DNA of 64,000 nucleotides, taken from the NCBI RefSeq assembly GCF_002113885.1, contig NW_018406397.1:1438062-1502061 (forward strand), given 5' to 3'. The DNA comes from Mizuhopecten yessoensis (lineage: Eukaryota). This document shows, in pieces, positions 40,071 to 55,837 of this stretch (position 1 is the first letter of the stretch; the number at the start of each line of letters is the position of its first letter). Under the pieces are notes generated by a model. It was not told where the DNA came from. It did no database searches and was given only the letters and a program-made list of their open reading frames with translations. Both the position numbers and the translations under genes were made by a program.

Positions 40071-43000
40071 GCTATACACGCACTTTTGTCACATTATCGC
40101 CTGTTTTGGTGTAAACAATGTGATAATACAACCTACTACACGTAAATAGCGTGACCTACATTGTGTTATGATGACACAGAACTGCAAACAAATTAGCAAC
40201 ACGGTCATCACAATGTGAAAATGGTTCGTTGTATTACCTATCGATCGTCTTGGTCAGATCTGTGTTTGAAATTTAATATCTTAACAAAACTATGTTCAGA
40301 TTTATAATCTTCATTATTGAGGCGTTTAAGTTAAACATTTTGGTTATTTATATACCTTTGTACCATTTTCTGATTTTATAAATGTAATTCAGAGCCAAGA
40401 CTTGACAGGAGCGGGATCACTATGGCAGCCGGATGTCTCGGTCACAGGGATGTTTGAATCGATGCCATTGAGTTAAGAGTGCGTGATCAGTGCTGTCTCG
40501 AATGACAGAACGACATGTCGGCCACTTGTTTTACCTTTACCATCACATCTATACATTGCCAAGGGTCTTTGTCATTTGTATGAACTTACATTTACAGCTA
40601 AATTGAATACAATATTACAAACCGGAAATTCTTGCTGGAAGATACAATAAATTAGGAATGAAATTATTTGCTATTTCTTATACAAACTCGCTCAAATACT
40701 GGTTCAAACAACCACAATACTTATGTAAACAAAAAGGTTTTAATGGCCTTATTGCTTAGCTATTCATTTTATTACATGAAATATGAATAGTTTGATATGC
40801 TTCCGCTAATTCAAACCTGTGATGACCATCTCCAATTCCTTATTGAACCATGTAATTCATTAGCTTTAAATTAATCTACTGGCACTGCGAATCTGTTTCG
40901 GAAATGACTCGGCTAAACCAATAATCAAAAGACGGGTTGGCTACTTTGGATCTGGCATCAACTAAAATTAAGATAAAGCTTGGTGAACGTTTTGCCATCA
41001 GTAAATCAGACAGCCCAATCAAGTGTTCAGTGAGCTATTCAATGGTGGCTCTGAATATAACATATCTTCGAAGAAATCGACAAGCTCCCTTTTGGCCAAT
41101 ACATTTTACCTGGTTTTAACTGTGAATTGGTTCGAATATCAACAAAACTTTGTGTGGATGTTTTGAAAATCAAAGTTATCAGAATATCCCAGATGAAACA
41201 GAGAAGAAGTAGATATTGCCTATTCAGATGCAGACATCTTGGATTTTAAATGTGACCAAATTTGCGCACGTTTTGCTTCCTTGTTTAGGAACTCGTAGTG
41301 CTTAAGTTAATAACGATTGCAACATAATTATCATATCTCTTATTTGTCTTTAAAACGGCTACACCATCAATACAAACTGTCCATAGTATCCGAAAAATCA
41401 GTTTTGGGTAAAAAAAAAAGTATTGTATTACGAAATAACTTGATTCATTGCCAACAAATATAAATTTGAATAATGTCGGCAACTCATAAACTTGTGCTTG
41501 TTATGAGATCGAAGAAACCAGATGAGAAATTCGAAGTAAATTAAACGTTCTGGCGGCCATCTTTGAAATATATCCATCCGTGTAAAAACAACTATTCGTA
41601 ACCACGAAAACAAAAAAATAGGTCAGGCAGATAAAATTTAAAAGAGTTGATATCTTTAATTGCAAGAAAAACACTGACGCACACGTCACGATTTAAGCGA
41701 TCTCAGCCATTTTCAGCTATAAAATATAGTTGCAGCAAAACGTGACCGAGTGACAACGCTGCAAAAAGGTTTCACACTTTTGTAACACATTTCATCAATT
41801 TAATGTAAATATCTCTATCGGACCTCCAAGCTTTGTTTCAGTGATTTTTTTTGTTAAGCCTGGTTATATAAAAGTTCCTTCAGTGCTTACTCTGGTATTC
41901 GTGACACTTTGCATTAAAGACAAATAGCACGGTCATGAGTTACACAGGAGCCAAATAGTTCATGTAATCCCACTATGGCCGTGTCAGCCAATATCCTTAC
42001 GCGTAAGGTAAAAGCCGATTGTTGACACTGAACCACTTACTGGCGTGATGATAATTGAAAGACGAAATTGGTAGGAGACTGCTGCTTATATATCCTGTCA
42101 CCATTTTAAAGAAAATTCAATCGAGAACATATTCATTGTCAACGAAGCTTAACCTGGATACCATCGTGTGTATTGGCTGTTTGGCAACGCAGACGTTGGT
42201 AAGGAATTGTACTCGCTTATAGAAAAATGGTTACGGCTACATTTATATCGCAGTCCTTCAGGCAACACGTGACATGCTAACTACGCGTACTCAATAAAAA
42301 GATGAACTGAATCAATGTTTAAGTGTTTCAAAACATAACATCACTTACAGTTTCAATTAGTTTTACTTCAGACTTATTTTTCGATTTTCATTACATTTCT
42401 CGTATATATATAGAAAAGGAAGCAACAAAGGGGAGTTTTCTGGTTTAAAGTAACTTCATTGTAAAAGTTGTTCATCTCTCATTTTAATGCTATGCATTTT
42501 ATATTCATGGATAACAACATTATTGTCTAGATTCAAAGTATTTACTCCTGTAGTGTTTTTCTTCATTTTTGTGTATTTTCTATTTTCAATTAACTTTTAA
42601 AACAATGATAATTATGTAACATTTGAATTATATCTTATACTTCGTTTGGAAAGGACTAAACCAAACATTTTATAATAGTGACAACGGTAATTACATATCT
42701 TGTTGGGGGTACCGAGGATTTATGTAAGTAATTCAGAGTATTCATAAACGAAACTAAGATATAAATAATCGACCATGTACGCATTACAATATACCAGAAT
42801 TCGGTTTGTCTATCTGATATGTTTACTTGAAGTTCTAACCTACCGGAAGTGACATTATTGTAACAATCCAAATACGGCCGGCTCATAACAGCTTTGCTTC
42901 AAAGAAGTTGACCACGCAATGTTAAGGACGCAATCGGATCGAGTTTGTACTTTTCGGATTGTGTGGTCTACATACAAAGTAGACAAACTTTCGATTTATT

Positions 43001-43269
43001 TCTGTCTACCAGGGCATTTAGTACTATGTCTGCTGATAAGTGTATAGATTTACACTGTATGACCACCAAAACAACATTCCATCCCTTGTGGTTTTATAAC
43101 GATGTAGGATATCTGTTCAAATATAACGTAGCCGGTGGCACAACTGCAAAACTCACACACATTGGAAGGGCATTGGCTAATTTGGACAAATATCGGATTC
43201 AAATGGCCGATTTTTGAATCGGTGGTACATGTATCTCTAAAACCGGGGAAAGAGGACGACAGAAAGGAT

Positions 43270-45112
43270 GATAAAAACGACGACAGCGACAATATCAACG
43301 ACTACAATATCAACAGCGACAATAACAACAACAATAACACAGCGAGAATAGCAACACCAACAAAAACAACATAAAAAGCAACTCCATTAAAAGCAACAAC
43401 GATAATATAAGCAACAACAATAGCAACAGCGACAAATAGCAACAACAACAATAGCAACAACAGCAACAGCAGCAATGGCAACTACAGCAATAACAACAAC
43501 GACAATAGCAACAACAACAATAACACAGCGAGAATAGCAACACCAACAAAAACAACATAAAAAGCAACTACATTAAAAGCAACAACGATAATATAAGCAA
43601 CAGCAATAGCAACAGCGACAAAAAGCAACAACAACAATAGCAACTACAGCAACAGCAACAGCAACAATGGCAAAAACAGCAAAAACAACAACGACAATAG
43701 TAATAACAACAACAATAGCAGCAACAACAACAATAGCAGCAGCAACAACAATAGCAGCAGCAACAACAACAATAGCAGCAACAACAACAATAGTAACAAC
43801 AATAACAATGGCAACTACAGCAATAGCAACAACGACAACAGCAGCAACAGCAATAGTAGCAACAAAAATAAAAGCAGCAACAACAACAATAGTAACAACA
43901 ATAACAATGGCAACTACAGCAATAGCAACAACGACAATAGCAGAAACAGCAATAGTAGCAACAAAAATAATAGCAGCAACAACAACAATAGCAATAGCAA
44001 CGATAGTAACAACAACAACAATGGCAACTACAGAAATAGCAACAACGACATTAGTAGCAACAACAACAATAGCAGCAACAATTATAGTAACAACAATAAT
44101 AGCAGCAACAACAACAATAATAGCAGCAACAACAGCAATAGCAATAGCAACAATAGTAACAACAACAACAATGACAACTATAGCAATAGCAACAACGACA
44201 ATAGCAGCAACAACAACAATAGCAGCAACAATTATAGTAACAACAATAATAGCAGCAACAACAACAATAATAGCAGCAACAATAGCAGGAGCAATAGCAA
44301 CAATAGTAACAACAACAACAACGACAACTATAGCAATAGCAACAACGACAATAGCAGCAACAACAACAATAGCAATAGCAACGATAGTAACAACAACAAC
44401 AATGACAACTACAGAAATAGCAACAACGACAATAGCAGCAACAATTATAGTAACAACAATAATAGTAGCAACAACAACAATAGCAATAGCAACGATAGTA
44501 ACAACAACAATGGCAACTACAGAAATAGCAACAACGACATTAGAAGCAACAACAATAATAGCAGCAACAATTATAGTAACAACAATAATAGCAGCAACAA
44601 CAACAATAGCAATAGCAACGATAGTAACAACAACAACAATGGCAACTACAGAAATAGCAACAACGACATTAGTAGCAACAACAATAATAGCAGCAACAAT
44701 TATAGCAACAACAATAATAGCAGCAACAACAGCAATAGCAATAGCAACGATAGTAACAACAACAACAATGACAACTATAGCAATAGCAACAACGACATTA
44801 GTAGCAACAACAACAATAGCAGCAACAATTATAGTAACAACAATAACAATGACAGCAACAACAATAATAACACAACAATAGCAACAGCCACATTAGTTAC
44901 AACAACAATAGTAACAGCAATAGCAGCAACAACAATAGCAGCAACAACAATAGCAGCAACAACAATAGCAACAGCCACAATAGCAGCAACAACAATAGCA
45001 ACAGCCACAATAGCAGCAACAGCAATAGCAGCAACAACAATAGCAACAGCCACAATAGCAGCAACAACAATAGCAACAGCCACAATAGCAACAGCCACAA
45101 TAGCGACAACGA
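43270..45112. repeat. Large compound trinucleotide array (AAC/AGC/AAT), about 1.85 kb
   Basis: Continuous in-phase ACA/GCA/ATA triplets with internal block duplications; source of the 404 aa Thr/Ala/Ile ORF and the poly-Cys and poly-Leu ORFs. Confidence 0.97.
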
Positions 45113-47090
45113 TAAATCAAGTTAATCTGTTATGTATATAAGTAGCACTTGGGTTGTGTACTGTTATTTATAGTCAATAAACACTTCTTTGCTGACATTT
45201 GATATGGGACAAAACAGTTACTTAAAACGGAGCCGACCTTTTGCGGTTTAAAAGTCCTGAGAAATAAGGTTAAAGCGGTAACACAAACCACAGCTGACCT
45301 ACTTTACAAGGTATATTATACGTGCCTTACTGCGGTCGGAATGGTGGTCATGATGAGTGCATTCAAATGTGTTTTATAAAAAAAATCATAAAAAGCCGGC
45401 AATGTGACATACTGATGTTTTATTGTGAAATGTGATAGAGTAACATTTCATCATTATGACCCCCAATTCTTGCCACCAGGTGATATCATATGGAAGTCGA
45501 CAATCTGATAAGCTGGTATACATTTCTTCAGTAACATCCCATCACAAACAGCCTGCAATACGCTTCCCTGGTAGGCTAAATTACCAAGGTATTGGTGATC
45601 GATCATTTATAATTAGAACCAAGAGGTAATAAAATCGATTTCTTATGTAATCTGTGCAACTACGATGGTGATATATAAGGAAATATAAAGCTTTAAGAAC
45701 GAAAAGATGCTGCACTTAAACCGTCCAGGCACTTAAAGATCCATACACACAAGGTCTATGTCAGCCGGGTACAAACTTAAAGCGATTACGTAACGAAAGA
45801 AAGAACTTCGAGCCTTGTTTTCTTACGTCCACGGTGAAAATCGATTCAAATGTCTAACAAATATATTTAATGAAACTTTGAAACGTTTTGATAAATCCAA
45901 TAAACCAATTACTTACTGCAGTCTGTAGAAACAGTACTTATCAACTAAACCAACACACTTAACGAACATTTATACACGAAGCTTAACATTGCGATACATT
46001 CTTCGTGACCAATGCTTTACGAAAAAAAGGTCTACTTAGTCAAAACCGGTGACTAAATTGAGACTTGAATGAATCCTATTGATGAATTAACTTAACACAT
46101 AAACACACCTTTACATTTTTTGTAATATATACAATATGCCAATAATTAATTACACTGCCTCCCACAGCTGTTTCATCCTTCTAGCAATCACTGGTGGTAA
46201 GTGAGAAACACCATGGCAGCATCGGGTCAAATATCTTGTACACTTGTGATACTGCCAAAATGGTAATACGTATCTTTAAATACTTCAAAATTTTCATTAA
46301 TCATTCCAATTAATATTTTTGCAAATTTATACTGAACTGCAACTGGTCTTGCTATGCTTTTAAGTCAGTATTAGTCGAAAGTGATTTGCCTTCTTTTCCT
46401 GATTCCAAAGAGTGTGAAACAAAACTATCTCTCGCAGATTTATTTTGGTTGACTGTTATTATACATATAACCATTGTTGTGGAAACAATAAGTATCCTAA
46501 CGCTGCAATAGTTTAGATGTTTCAACATATTCTCAGGTAGAATGGCTTTATCTCATCTCCTAAGTCAGACACCAATGGAAACCCCAAGGCTTGTAACGAT
46601 GTTGTTTATCAACATTTCGTTAATTGATTTATGGTAGAGTGTGCAAACAATGGCATCTAACATAATATAGTATCATGACGTGTCGACTCTAACAGCCACA
46701 TTAGTATATATATATATCTGTATATTGTTTAAGTTAATTAACAGGACGGATAAAACTTGTGTACATAACTTTTCCAGTGCAAGTTTAGCCTATTCTTAAA
46801 ACACTTAAAACTTTCGGCGTTAACCGCTTTATCTGATAAGTTGTTCCATACCATTCTTCTAATCTGTAAAGTACTTCTATGAAAAATGTTCATGAATACT
46901 AATGTCTCGTGAAAACCAATATTACATATTACATAATATTACATAATACTATATGCACAACCAAAAACTTCTTGTTTACTATAATATTTCATCTCTGATG
47001 TCCTTATTATACAGTGGTGCAGTTTACGACAACAGTGAATATCAATATACCGGTGAAGGAGATACAGTGTTACACGTTTGTCTTAAGAAT

Positions 47091-47310
47091 TTGGTTTGTT
47101 TGTGTTTTACGTCCTATGAACAGCTTTGGTCATTTAAGGACGTGCAAGACTTTGGTGGTGGAGGCAGGCCGGTGTTCCCGAAGAAAAAATACCGACCTAC
47201 GGTCAGTTCCTGGCGACCGCCCTAAGTAGGCCTCGAACCCGCGACCCAATGGTGAAGGCTTAGTGGTAGCAGAATGTCAGACCCTTTAACCACTTAGTCA
47301 CCGCGGCCCC
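47091..47310 (-). mobile_element. Full-length tRNA-derived SINE (V-domain-like) with target-site duplication
   Basis: GGGGCCGCGGTGACTAAGTGGTTAA (A box), GGTTCGAGGCC (B box), GGTCGGTATTTTTTCTTCGGGAACACCGG, AAAC-rich tail. Flanks CTTAAGAAT (47082-47090) and CTTAAGGAT (47311-47319). Confidence 0.85.
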
Positions 47311-47905
47311 CTTAAGGATCCCTGACCCATTGCAGGCAAAACACTAGAGAGTTCCACTGTAAAAAAAAATAAAGTAACCTCCCTTAATGTCGTTTTGGAT
47401 ATTACTGTATCACAATTGGGGCAAAGTGCACTTCCGTTGACAAGGTAGCTCTGTTTGTTAAAGAGATAAGAACTTGGGATTCAGGGTTCGAATCCTGGTC
47501 TAGCCTCGCTGAACTTAACACCCTGAACAATGTTGTTAAATATTTTCGTTATTTCATCTTTGTCGTATCAGAAATTATTTTTCAAGGCTATAGTCATACA
47601 AGAGATCAGTATGCAATGCATAATGACAGTTTTTGGCAGGGTCCCGGCGATTCTTAAATTAACGCGATTTTTTTTAAATGTAGATATGCAGAGTAAAAGC
47701 ACCAGTTTATGCTTATAAATAACATGCATGTTCCGTTACCAATGTAGGTCCGGACACGGCTGCCCACACAATTTCACACAATTCTTTATCTGTTGGAGCA
47801 GACGAGTTTTCGAGCGCACCGATACACAAACGTGTGTCCCTCGCGCGCCAGTGGAAGTGAACGCCCGCTGTCTGCTATGCCGTTTACATCATACGGCCAT
47901 TTGTT

Positions 47906-48200
47906 GTTCTTATATACCGCTTTATCACAACCTAGTTTGTAGGTTGTCTCAAAGCGGTTCACAAATTATTATCCGTGGTTCTTTCTCAGCATACAGCCGA
48001 TGCTGCCATTTCGGCGCTCAAAGCTATCATTTAACATTTCTAGCATTGCTCAACCACGTACTCACTAACAGCTAAGTAGACTGGAACAAGCGGGGTAAAA
48101 TATCTTGTTTAAAGATACAACACAGTGCCGTGACTTGACTCGAACCCGCACAACCCTTCGGTCACGAGCCCAGCGTCTTAGCACTAGACTACCGTGCCTC
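47906..48200 (-). mobile_element. tRNA-derived SINE, second copy of the 23975 family with an internal deletion
   Basis: Reverse complement aligns end to end with 23975-24308 except for roughly 45 missing nt after the TGTATGCT motif. Confidence 0.88.
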
Positions 48201-51200
48201 AATTTAGTAAAAAATATTGACTTACATTTGGAAACTTATATATGTATTACAAGATCAACCTACAGTACCAAACAGAAACTGAACTACCACGCGAAAAGAC
48301 AACAGCAACCGAGAAAATATCAACGCGTTAGAAAAGAATAAGCATTGGGACACCCACCCAATAATTGAGGCGATATCGGGAGCTTGGAAAGTAAATCGTT
48401 TCTTGAACCTCATGTGGCTCCAGTCAACACCTTAATTCTTTATTTTCAAATAAGTTATTGTTTTCCTGATGAGTACTTTAAAAAATAAATGGTCATATGA
48501 TGCTGAAAATCAATAGGGGTTTTCTTCATCGTAGTACATTTTCCGTCACATGGTGATTAACTCCGGTGTGAGATCATCAGTCTCCGTAGTTGGCTTAATG
48601 AATGAAGACATTTCGGTACATATGTAACAACTAATTGTACGTAAGTTTACAGCGTGGCCGAATCGACATCGATTTGCGTGGACAACTCGTTCATATTTTA
48701 CACCTTTGTGTGCATACGCTTCAGTGGCCATTTGTCTGGTGAAGGTGACAGAGTACATACCGTAATAGTCATCGAAACGTCACATAGAAACACCTTTTGG
48801 TTGTGCTACATGATTTTTTTCACAATCCATACTTACCAACCGGAAGAAATGTTTTAGAAATACGGACTTAAATGGACGAAATGGCTAATGGTGTAGCTAA
48901 TTTCATTTTCTGTGTTGTTTACTGAATTTGTAAAAGGTGCGTCCTTTCTCGAATTTCTAGTAAATATTAAAGTTACAACAAAATACAACAAAACATCTTA
49001 CCTAGAAACAGAAGGCGATCGCCACCCGGGTTCATTCAAAAGTGTTTTTAACATTGTAAGGTTTGTTTTTATAGGTGTACGAGACGTTGCGTTGGTGAAG
49101 GAGGGGCTCGTATTATGGCAAAAGGGGACTCCATAACCTATCAAATATGCGGGCAACGAGAAAACCAGTGAAACTGTCATAACAAAGTGCAAGAAGCAAG
49201 TCAGGCAAGGTTTACCGAGATCTGATTGAACTTAGAAACATTATTCAACAAAAGGGGCTGCCGGCTTCGAAAAATATATAAATAAAACACGATGTTTATG
49301 TGTTAATTTGGTAACAACTGTCAATTGAATAATGACCCTTCCAATTATCAGAAAAGTCGTTTAAGCTCTGTTTAAACAATTTTGTTCACAGCCACAAACT
49401 CCCGCATCTGAGCGCTTTAGGCGAATTTCCACTCCTAGTAGGAAATATTGGCCGATCTGTTGCATCCGTTCGTGACGCTAACAAGCAAAACGTAGAACTC
49501 GACTTTGTTTCAAACGATATAGAAGATATTTAATTACTTCCCGTTGAATGCCATGTTAACTTCAGCAGTAAAGCAATTTACCGATATTTTACACCAGTGC
49601 GAAGTGAATAGAAAATACCCCTCTGATTGGTCAATACCAACGTGTTGGTTCATTTCATACTGTAGCAAATTTCACTTTTGTATATGTCATAGTGTGACAG
49701 ATATCGGTTTAATCAAGTTGATGATTAATAACAATGATTTGACGCCGTCGTTCATAATAACCGCGTTACTGTGGTTAAGAATGGATATATTGAATCACGT
49801 GGTTTGAATGCTCATGTTTCTTCGGTGCATCCTGACCTGACCTCGACCTCGGCAAGAATGTATACATCACGTGCGCATTCCTTGCAATCCTGAATCGTTA
49901 CTCGGCCTTGCGTAAGTACATGATTTTTCCGCGTGTCTAATCCAGCGGTACTAATCTTTCCTAATCTCGTCGGCTTTACTGACGTTCAAGGTCAAGGCCG
50001 TTCAGAACTTTTATCACAAGGATTACCATGATACCGAAGTATACGCCCAACCATTTTATTTTATCATTAATTTTTATATAAATAGATTTCTAGTAAATAT
50101 TATGCATGTATTTGCATATCTGTGTGGGTTTGGTCACTAGGGTATTTCATTTTAATCTTTCTTTGAAGTATTCATCAAAGGAAAAACATCAAATCAAATC
50201 CGTATATGATTAGCGATTTAATTAAAAAATAGCATTGATATGCAGAGATGTTCATAAAGCGAAAATTAATGTTTCATCATGCATACCCTAAAACTAGTCA
50301 AAACGGCTAACACCCTTGTTTTCTCAAAGATGCCACAATCATTCATCATTCTAAATACCGCAGGGGGTAAGACAACTGACATTTTCCTTTTTGCTAAGGA
50401 GAAGCGGTGGAAGCTCTCAGGTTCCAAGACAGGACTAATCCTCGATGTAGTACGACAAAATTGAGGCTGCGGGAGTGTCACCACTATGACACGTATAGAA
50501 CGTACACCCCTTGATGAACGAGGCGGTGCCAAGCTTGTCTATCCGGTAATTAGTCTATACCAAGTCTGTCTATCCGGTCCGGTTATTAGTCGCCTCTTAA
50601 GCAAGTACGAATTGTGTTTATGAGACAAGTCCGCTATATAAATTGTTCATCAAATAGCGATATGTCTAATTTTAGATAATCGTTATTATCCAAAATAAGG
50701 TAAAATGATACATAGATACTTTACTTCAATTTTGTAATCGGACTTAATAGGAAAAATACGTAATATTGACAATCAGAAGTGTGTATATAACTACATATTT
50801 TTCATATTTAGAAGCATGTGATTCTGTATTAGGAAGGGGTCGAATATATTTGGAGAGGGGGATACCAGATGTTCCAGACGAGACACATTGAGGAATGCCC
50901 AAGGCTACGCTAGGATAATTAGTATCTGCCGTACTGAACGAAATCACACCCACACACTGACAATTTTGATCAGTGCTGAAAGGCTAAATATAGTTACCTC
51001 CCAAGGTCTGTACTTACACAACCACGAACCCTGACAGTGAAATACAAATAAAAACCGGTGAATTGAGAGAACATATTTAAATATTTAGTATCATAAATAC
51101 GAACAACTACTATGAGGAGACAAAAAGACCTTTAATATGATAAATACGTCCACCGCGTCATATCTAGGACCCTCCGGGATGAAAAATTTCTAAATACAAA

Positions 51201-53495
51201 AATGTGGTAACTGAAGAAATACAGTGTCAAATTGAAAGTTAATGAAGGAATATCTCGAGTGTTAAGAAGTTTCGTAATTTTGGTACATTCTCAAATTACT
51301 AATTACCTTCATACGGCTACTTTGAAGGACGTGTGTTTGCAGGCGATTGGTACATTGGCACAATTAACAAATGGCACTAGAATTAGAAATGGCTAATGTC
51401 TGTAATGGTATGAGTTGACTTCAGTACTTTTCGGGCGATGACCTTCGAAACATGTTTTCAAACCTTGAATGGTCACCTGATCTTCGAATCCATCCGCCCA
51501 CAGAGGTCAGTAGCGCTCATCAGTAGCAATCAGTAATTAAGACTGACTGCAGACGGTCAAAATGGGCGTGAGTTATTTCGGCCACTTTTGTATGTCCGCT
51601 GAGTCTGAGGTCGGAGGAATTTCGAGAGAAATAACGTTTGACATTGACAATAAGTTGTTTGTTTCTAAGGTTCATCGTACGGCTGTAATGAGGTTCACAG
51701 CTGGTCAAAATCGGCCGGATCTGCAAATTGTCTGCACTGCGCATGTATTTGCAGCAATGGGTAGAATGGCAGGGGCGGGAACCGTCACGAGCGAGTAAGC
51801 ACGTGCCAATACAAAGTCTGCGAAATACATCGTGAAATGATGAACAACTATGTTTCTGACCTGTGAAACACAAATCAACATGTTTTGTCAAATGCAAGTC
51901 ATAATAACGATGTCAGAATATTTTTTCGGTGGTGATTATGATCCTAACAAACTTAACTATCTGCACCGGAAATGGTCATTTACTCTGTGTAATTACTGAA
52001 CCCTTTCTACCAAAGCCTGCATTGAATCTTTGTAGACGTAAGGACGTGCTACCAGTACATAGCATATTGATGTCGTAATGCCGGTGAGTTTGTTTGTGTC
52101 CTTAGGTGACATATTTATATACATGTAGTTAGAACTCCATTTTAGTTCGGCTCATTGACGTTGTGATGTCGGCGACGTTTTTTAAAAAGATATTTATTTT
52201 CCAAGTTCTTACCCTTCATTATGTCTACAGACACACACTGAAAACGATGCTAACACTACAGAGGTATTTTGTGACATTCAGTTACTAAATAAAAAGTACA
52301 AAGTCTTATTACTCCCGATCAACGACATAACATTCTCTGCACAAATCACATGTTGTCCAATAGTTTTACAATTTCGTCCATGTTGCAGACGTTAATCTAT
52401 CTTACCAAACCACATCTTACCTGTAAGAGATATCAGGTAAACAATACCAGCAGTATATTAACCTACCCTCATACCTATTGGGCCTATACTGCGTTATCAC
52501 CGTCTACTACAGCCCAATGGTTCGTGAAACTTTCCAATGGTGACCATCTTGACAGCCGTAGTCACTTGATCTATATGTTTTGAAACATCCAACAAACAGA
52601 CAATGAATATTTCGTAATGTGCCTTGCCAGTTGTTAAATCTAGTAATGTTTGTAATTTCAGGAATCAAAATGAATAACCATTGACATACCTGCATGACAG
52701 AGATGATCCAAAATTATTTCGACACTGTACTATATGCCTGTAGTATTTTGAGCACAGGTGAATCAGATATCCTGATCAGGAAGCCAAATACATAACACTA
52801 TGGCTTCATGAAGTTGAACAGATTTTCAAAACCTTTCGTTCATACTAGCATATAATGACGTATGACCCTTGCCATCTCTCAAACCTGACATTAGACCTAG
52901 GCACAACACGGTAGAGAAATATGTACATGGCTGGTCTTCAAATTATACTACAGTATCATGGTTCTGGATACTTTCTAGGTTTAAGATGATGTTGTTTGAA
53001 GTTTTAAATACTTTTGATTCCTATGACCTTGAACATAGGTCAATGCCATATATTTTAGAACAGTTTATGGGACTGTATCATATCTAGCTGTGATTGTATT
53101 CCCACAACATGATCGTACGAGGCGACTTTGTGAGGAAGCCTGCAGAGTTGGTTTTTTATGTGCCTTCTGCTAAGAGGACTTTGTAGAGAATCGTATCCGA
53201 CTTGCTGTCCGCATTTTAACACTTGCAAGTCCTTTGTCTTTTCTTCCTGAACCCTTATTATCATTGGTAAATCCCTAGTCACTGCTAGTTAACCTTGGAA
53301 TAATGTGTGATCGACTTAGATAGCATGGTGATGTATCCACGTACTGAATGGCATTTCAGTGTGTAGCATTCTAAAATTGATTAGCATAGTTCCAACATTA
53401 TTGGACGCCGTTGTTTTAAGGTCTTGATTGTAACGAAGAGTAAAGTCTCAACGAACCTATGAACGCGGATGTTGGTGATTAAGACATCTTGTCCC

Positions 53496-53608
53496 AGTCT
53501 CATGAACGTACAATAAGTCTCATGAACGTACATGAAGTCTCATAAATGTGCAGTAAATCTCACGAGTGTACAGCAAGTCTCGTGAACGTACAGTTAGTCT
53601 CATAAACG
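53496..53608. repeat. Minisatellite, 20-21 bp unit, about 5-6 copies
   Basis: AGTCTCATGAACGTACA recurs. Confidence 0.88.
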
Positions 53609-54144
53609 GAATTGTTGTAAAATAGATAAAAGTTTAATTTTTAAACAAGTATACCATGCAATGACAGCTGCAACCCGTGTTTCTGGCTGTATAAACATTT
53701 GTGTGGTTCAAAAGTTTACAAACACAATATCAAAAATGTTCACAGCTGGTAAAACAATAGAAAATTTGATATACAGTGTAATAGCATAAACATCAGTATA
53801 CTTTTTTAAGTAGTTTTGATAGTCAATAATTATCAATGTATTGTCTTATTTACAAACACTAACATCAGTGGTTGTTTCCGTAAACAGCGATTATCTCACC
53901 ATGTGTTCGGGAATAAATAACATGTTGTGATATTTTCTTCGTAGACCAGTTCCTATCTTAAACAATGACGAAGATTGTAGGGAGCTCAATGAACGCGATC
54001 ATTTTACTTCAAGCTGTGCATCTAAGATACTTAATACAAAGCAAACTCAGAAGCAACGTTATCTCATTAACATGCATGAATGTCACGTGAGGGAGGGAGC
54101 AAGAGAGAAAGAAGAGCGTGGAGCAGATTTTGTTCAGGGTGATC

Positions 54145-54300
54145 GGGCCGGTGGCGCAGTGGATAACGCACTCGCCTTTCACCAACGTGGTTCGATTCCC
54201 CGATCGGACGTGGAAAGGTATATGGGATCACTTGCCCGACCACGTGGGTTTTTCAGGAGTAACTTATTTGTAGCGTTTTTCTAGAGCCACCAGAACAAGT
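54145..54300 (+). mobile_element. tRNA-derived SINE, partial
   Basis: GGCCGGTGGCGCAGTGGATAACGC (A box), GGTTCGATTCCC (B box); body shared with the 12905 fragment. Confidence 0.7.
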
Positions 54301-55837
54301 ATTTAACGGTAATATTTGAACCAAATTTTAAACACAACATATTTGTCTGTCATTGACAGACTCATTTGATATTTTATATCATAATTCAGAGAGCTGCGCC
54401 GTCCGTGATTTTCAAACAAGAAGCAATCCTAAAACGTCCTTATACCAATAAAGAGGAAAACTTTTTACCCCAAGTCATTCAGCATCGTAGGCTAATTTCG
54501 GTTAAAATGTACTCTTGACAATTCGGTCGGACGCGGCACGTGTTTTAAATTATGAAAAGAACCGGATGTTTTTAAGCTATCACGAGAGACAAAAATGCAC
54601 ATAGCATTCACAGCCAGATAAATACAATACCATACTTCACCGATCATACATATCAGCTCAAACAGAAAGACTTTTAAGCAAATTACAAGTGGACGCGAAG
54701 GGAGGTTTGTGGCTCGGGGACATTAATTGGGGACCCTCATCTCCCTTCCCTGACCAGTTTGCCAATTTCCTTTTAACTCATTCACCCTTGAAATTTCATA
54801 ATAAACTGTTCCAACCTTTGAATCGGAAGGGTTCAAATGACTCTTCAGGGGTGAATAAGTTAAAACATATACATTTTACACATTTGGACATCCTCCCTCA
54901 AATCAGTCTCCGATGAGACTATGCCTTATATTTGTCAAGAAATTATTATTATTCAAATGAGAAACAATGAGTGAGTGATACACACGAGAAAATGCATAAA
55001 CGATGACTTTGTCCTTGACCCTATCACAAGCATAATTGGCCCCAGTGTTTATTGCGTGAGGCAGCTTTTGGCGTTAATACCGGCTTCGACTATTTCATGG
55101 AATCGGAAAATTGATGCACATCTCAGGGCAGATGTTGATGAACTTTATATGATGGCTGATCGTGGTCGTTTTTTCTTATTTCTCAAGCATATGTCAAGCT
55201 AAAAGGGAAACCTTCTGAATGTGTTTCATCTATCTTAAATAAAATGGAAACAGATACATACTCCTTTTGATCTGATCCCGTTACCAACAAAGAATGTCAA
55301 TGTGGCGCAACTTCCCTTTAAAAGCAACGTCAAAACAGCACTCCACACTTTTTCGATCTAATCATATTTTACACTTTCGGAACACATCTGGACTTCTCGA
55401 CCCTTTGACCTTCGACATATGGACGCAATAGTCACTTGCATTAGTCGTTCCCAGTAAATAACTTTGTATTGTTTAAAAGTTCCCCATCTATTACCCTTTC
55501 ATCAAGCCATTATTTTGAAAGCAGATGCTTTTGTTATTTAATTATTTATTTTTTATATAGTTTAAAACAGTTTATATCTGTTTCCGCTTATTCATATTTT
55601 GGAAACAATACGTATATCAGTTTTTAACTTGGTTGAACCAGTGTTTGAGAAAATAAATGTAAAACACACACTAAATGTTTGAGTTTTACCGTGACTTTCC
55701 ATTGAGAAACCGACTGACATGCTTTGTTTTATAGTCTAGTTCCTTGTTCCCAACATGTAAATGAAGTAAAACATACTGAGATTTAATAAACACTTGTCCA
55801 ATGAAAGCAACTTTTTCAATGACTTCAACTTGAAATG

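Noticed and set aside
43667-44881. 404 aa Thr/Ala/Ile-rich ORF resembling a mucin or antifreeze glycoprotein
   Set aside because: Lies wholly within a trinucleotide array; no signal peptide, unique domain or clear splice context; nearly all codons end in A, as expected from repeat expansion
47443-47505. tRNA gene candidate (GGGTTCGAATCCTGG)
   Set aside because: Only the T arm/B box is intact and no cloverleaf forms; likely a decayed SINE head
50266-51897. Short ORFs at 50.3 kb and 51.5 kb as exons of another gene
   Set aside because: No recognisable domain and no consistent splice-compatible exon chain
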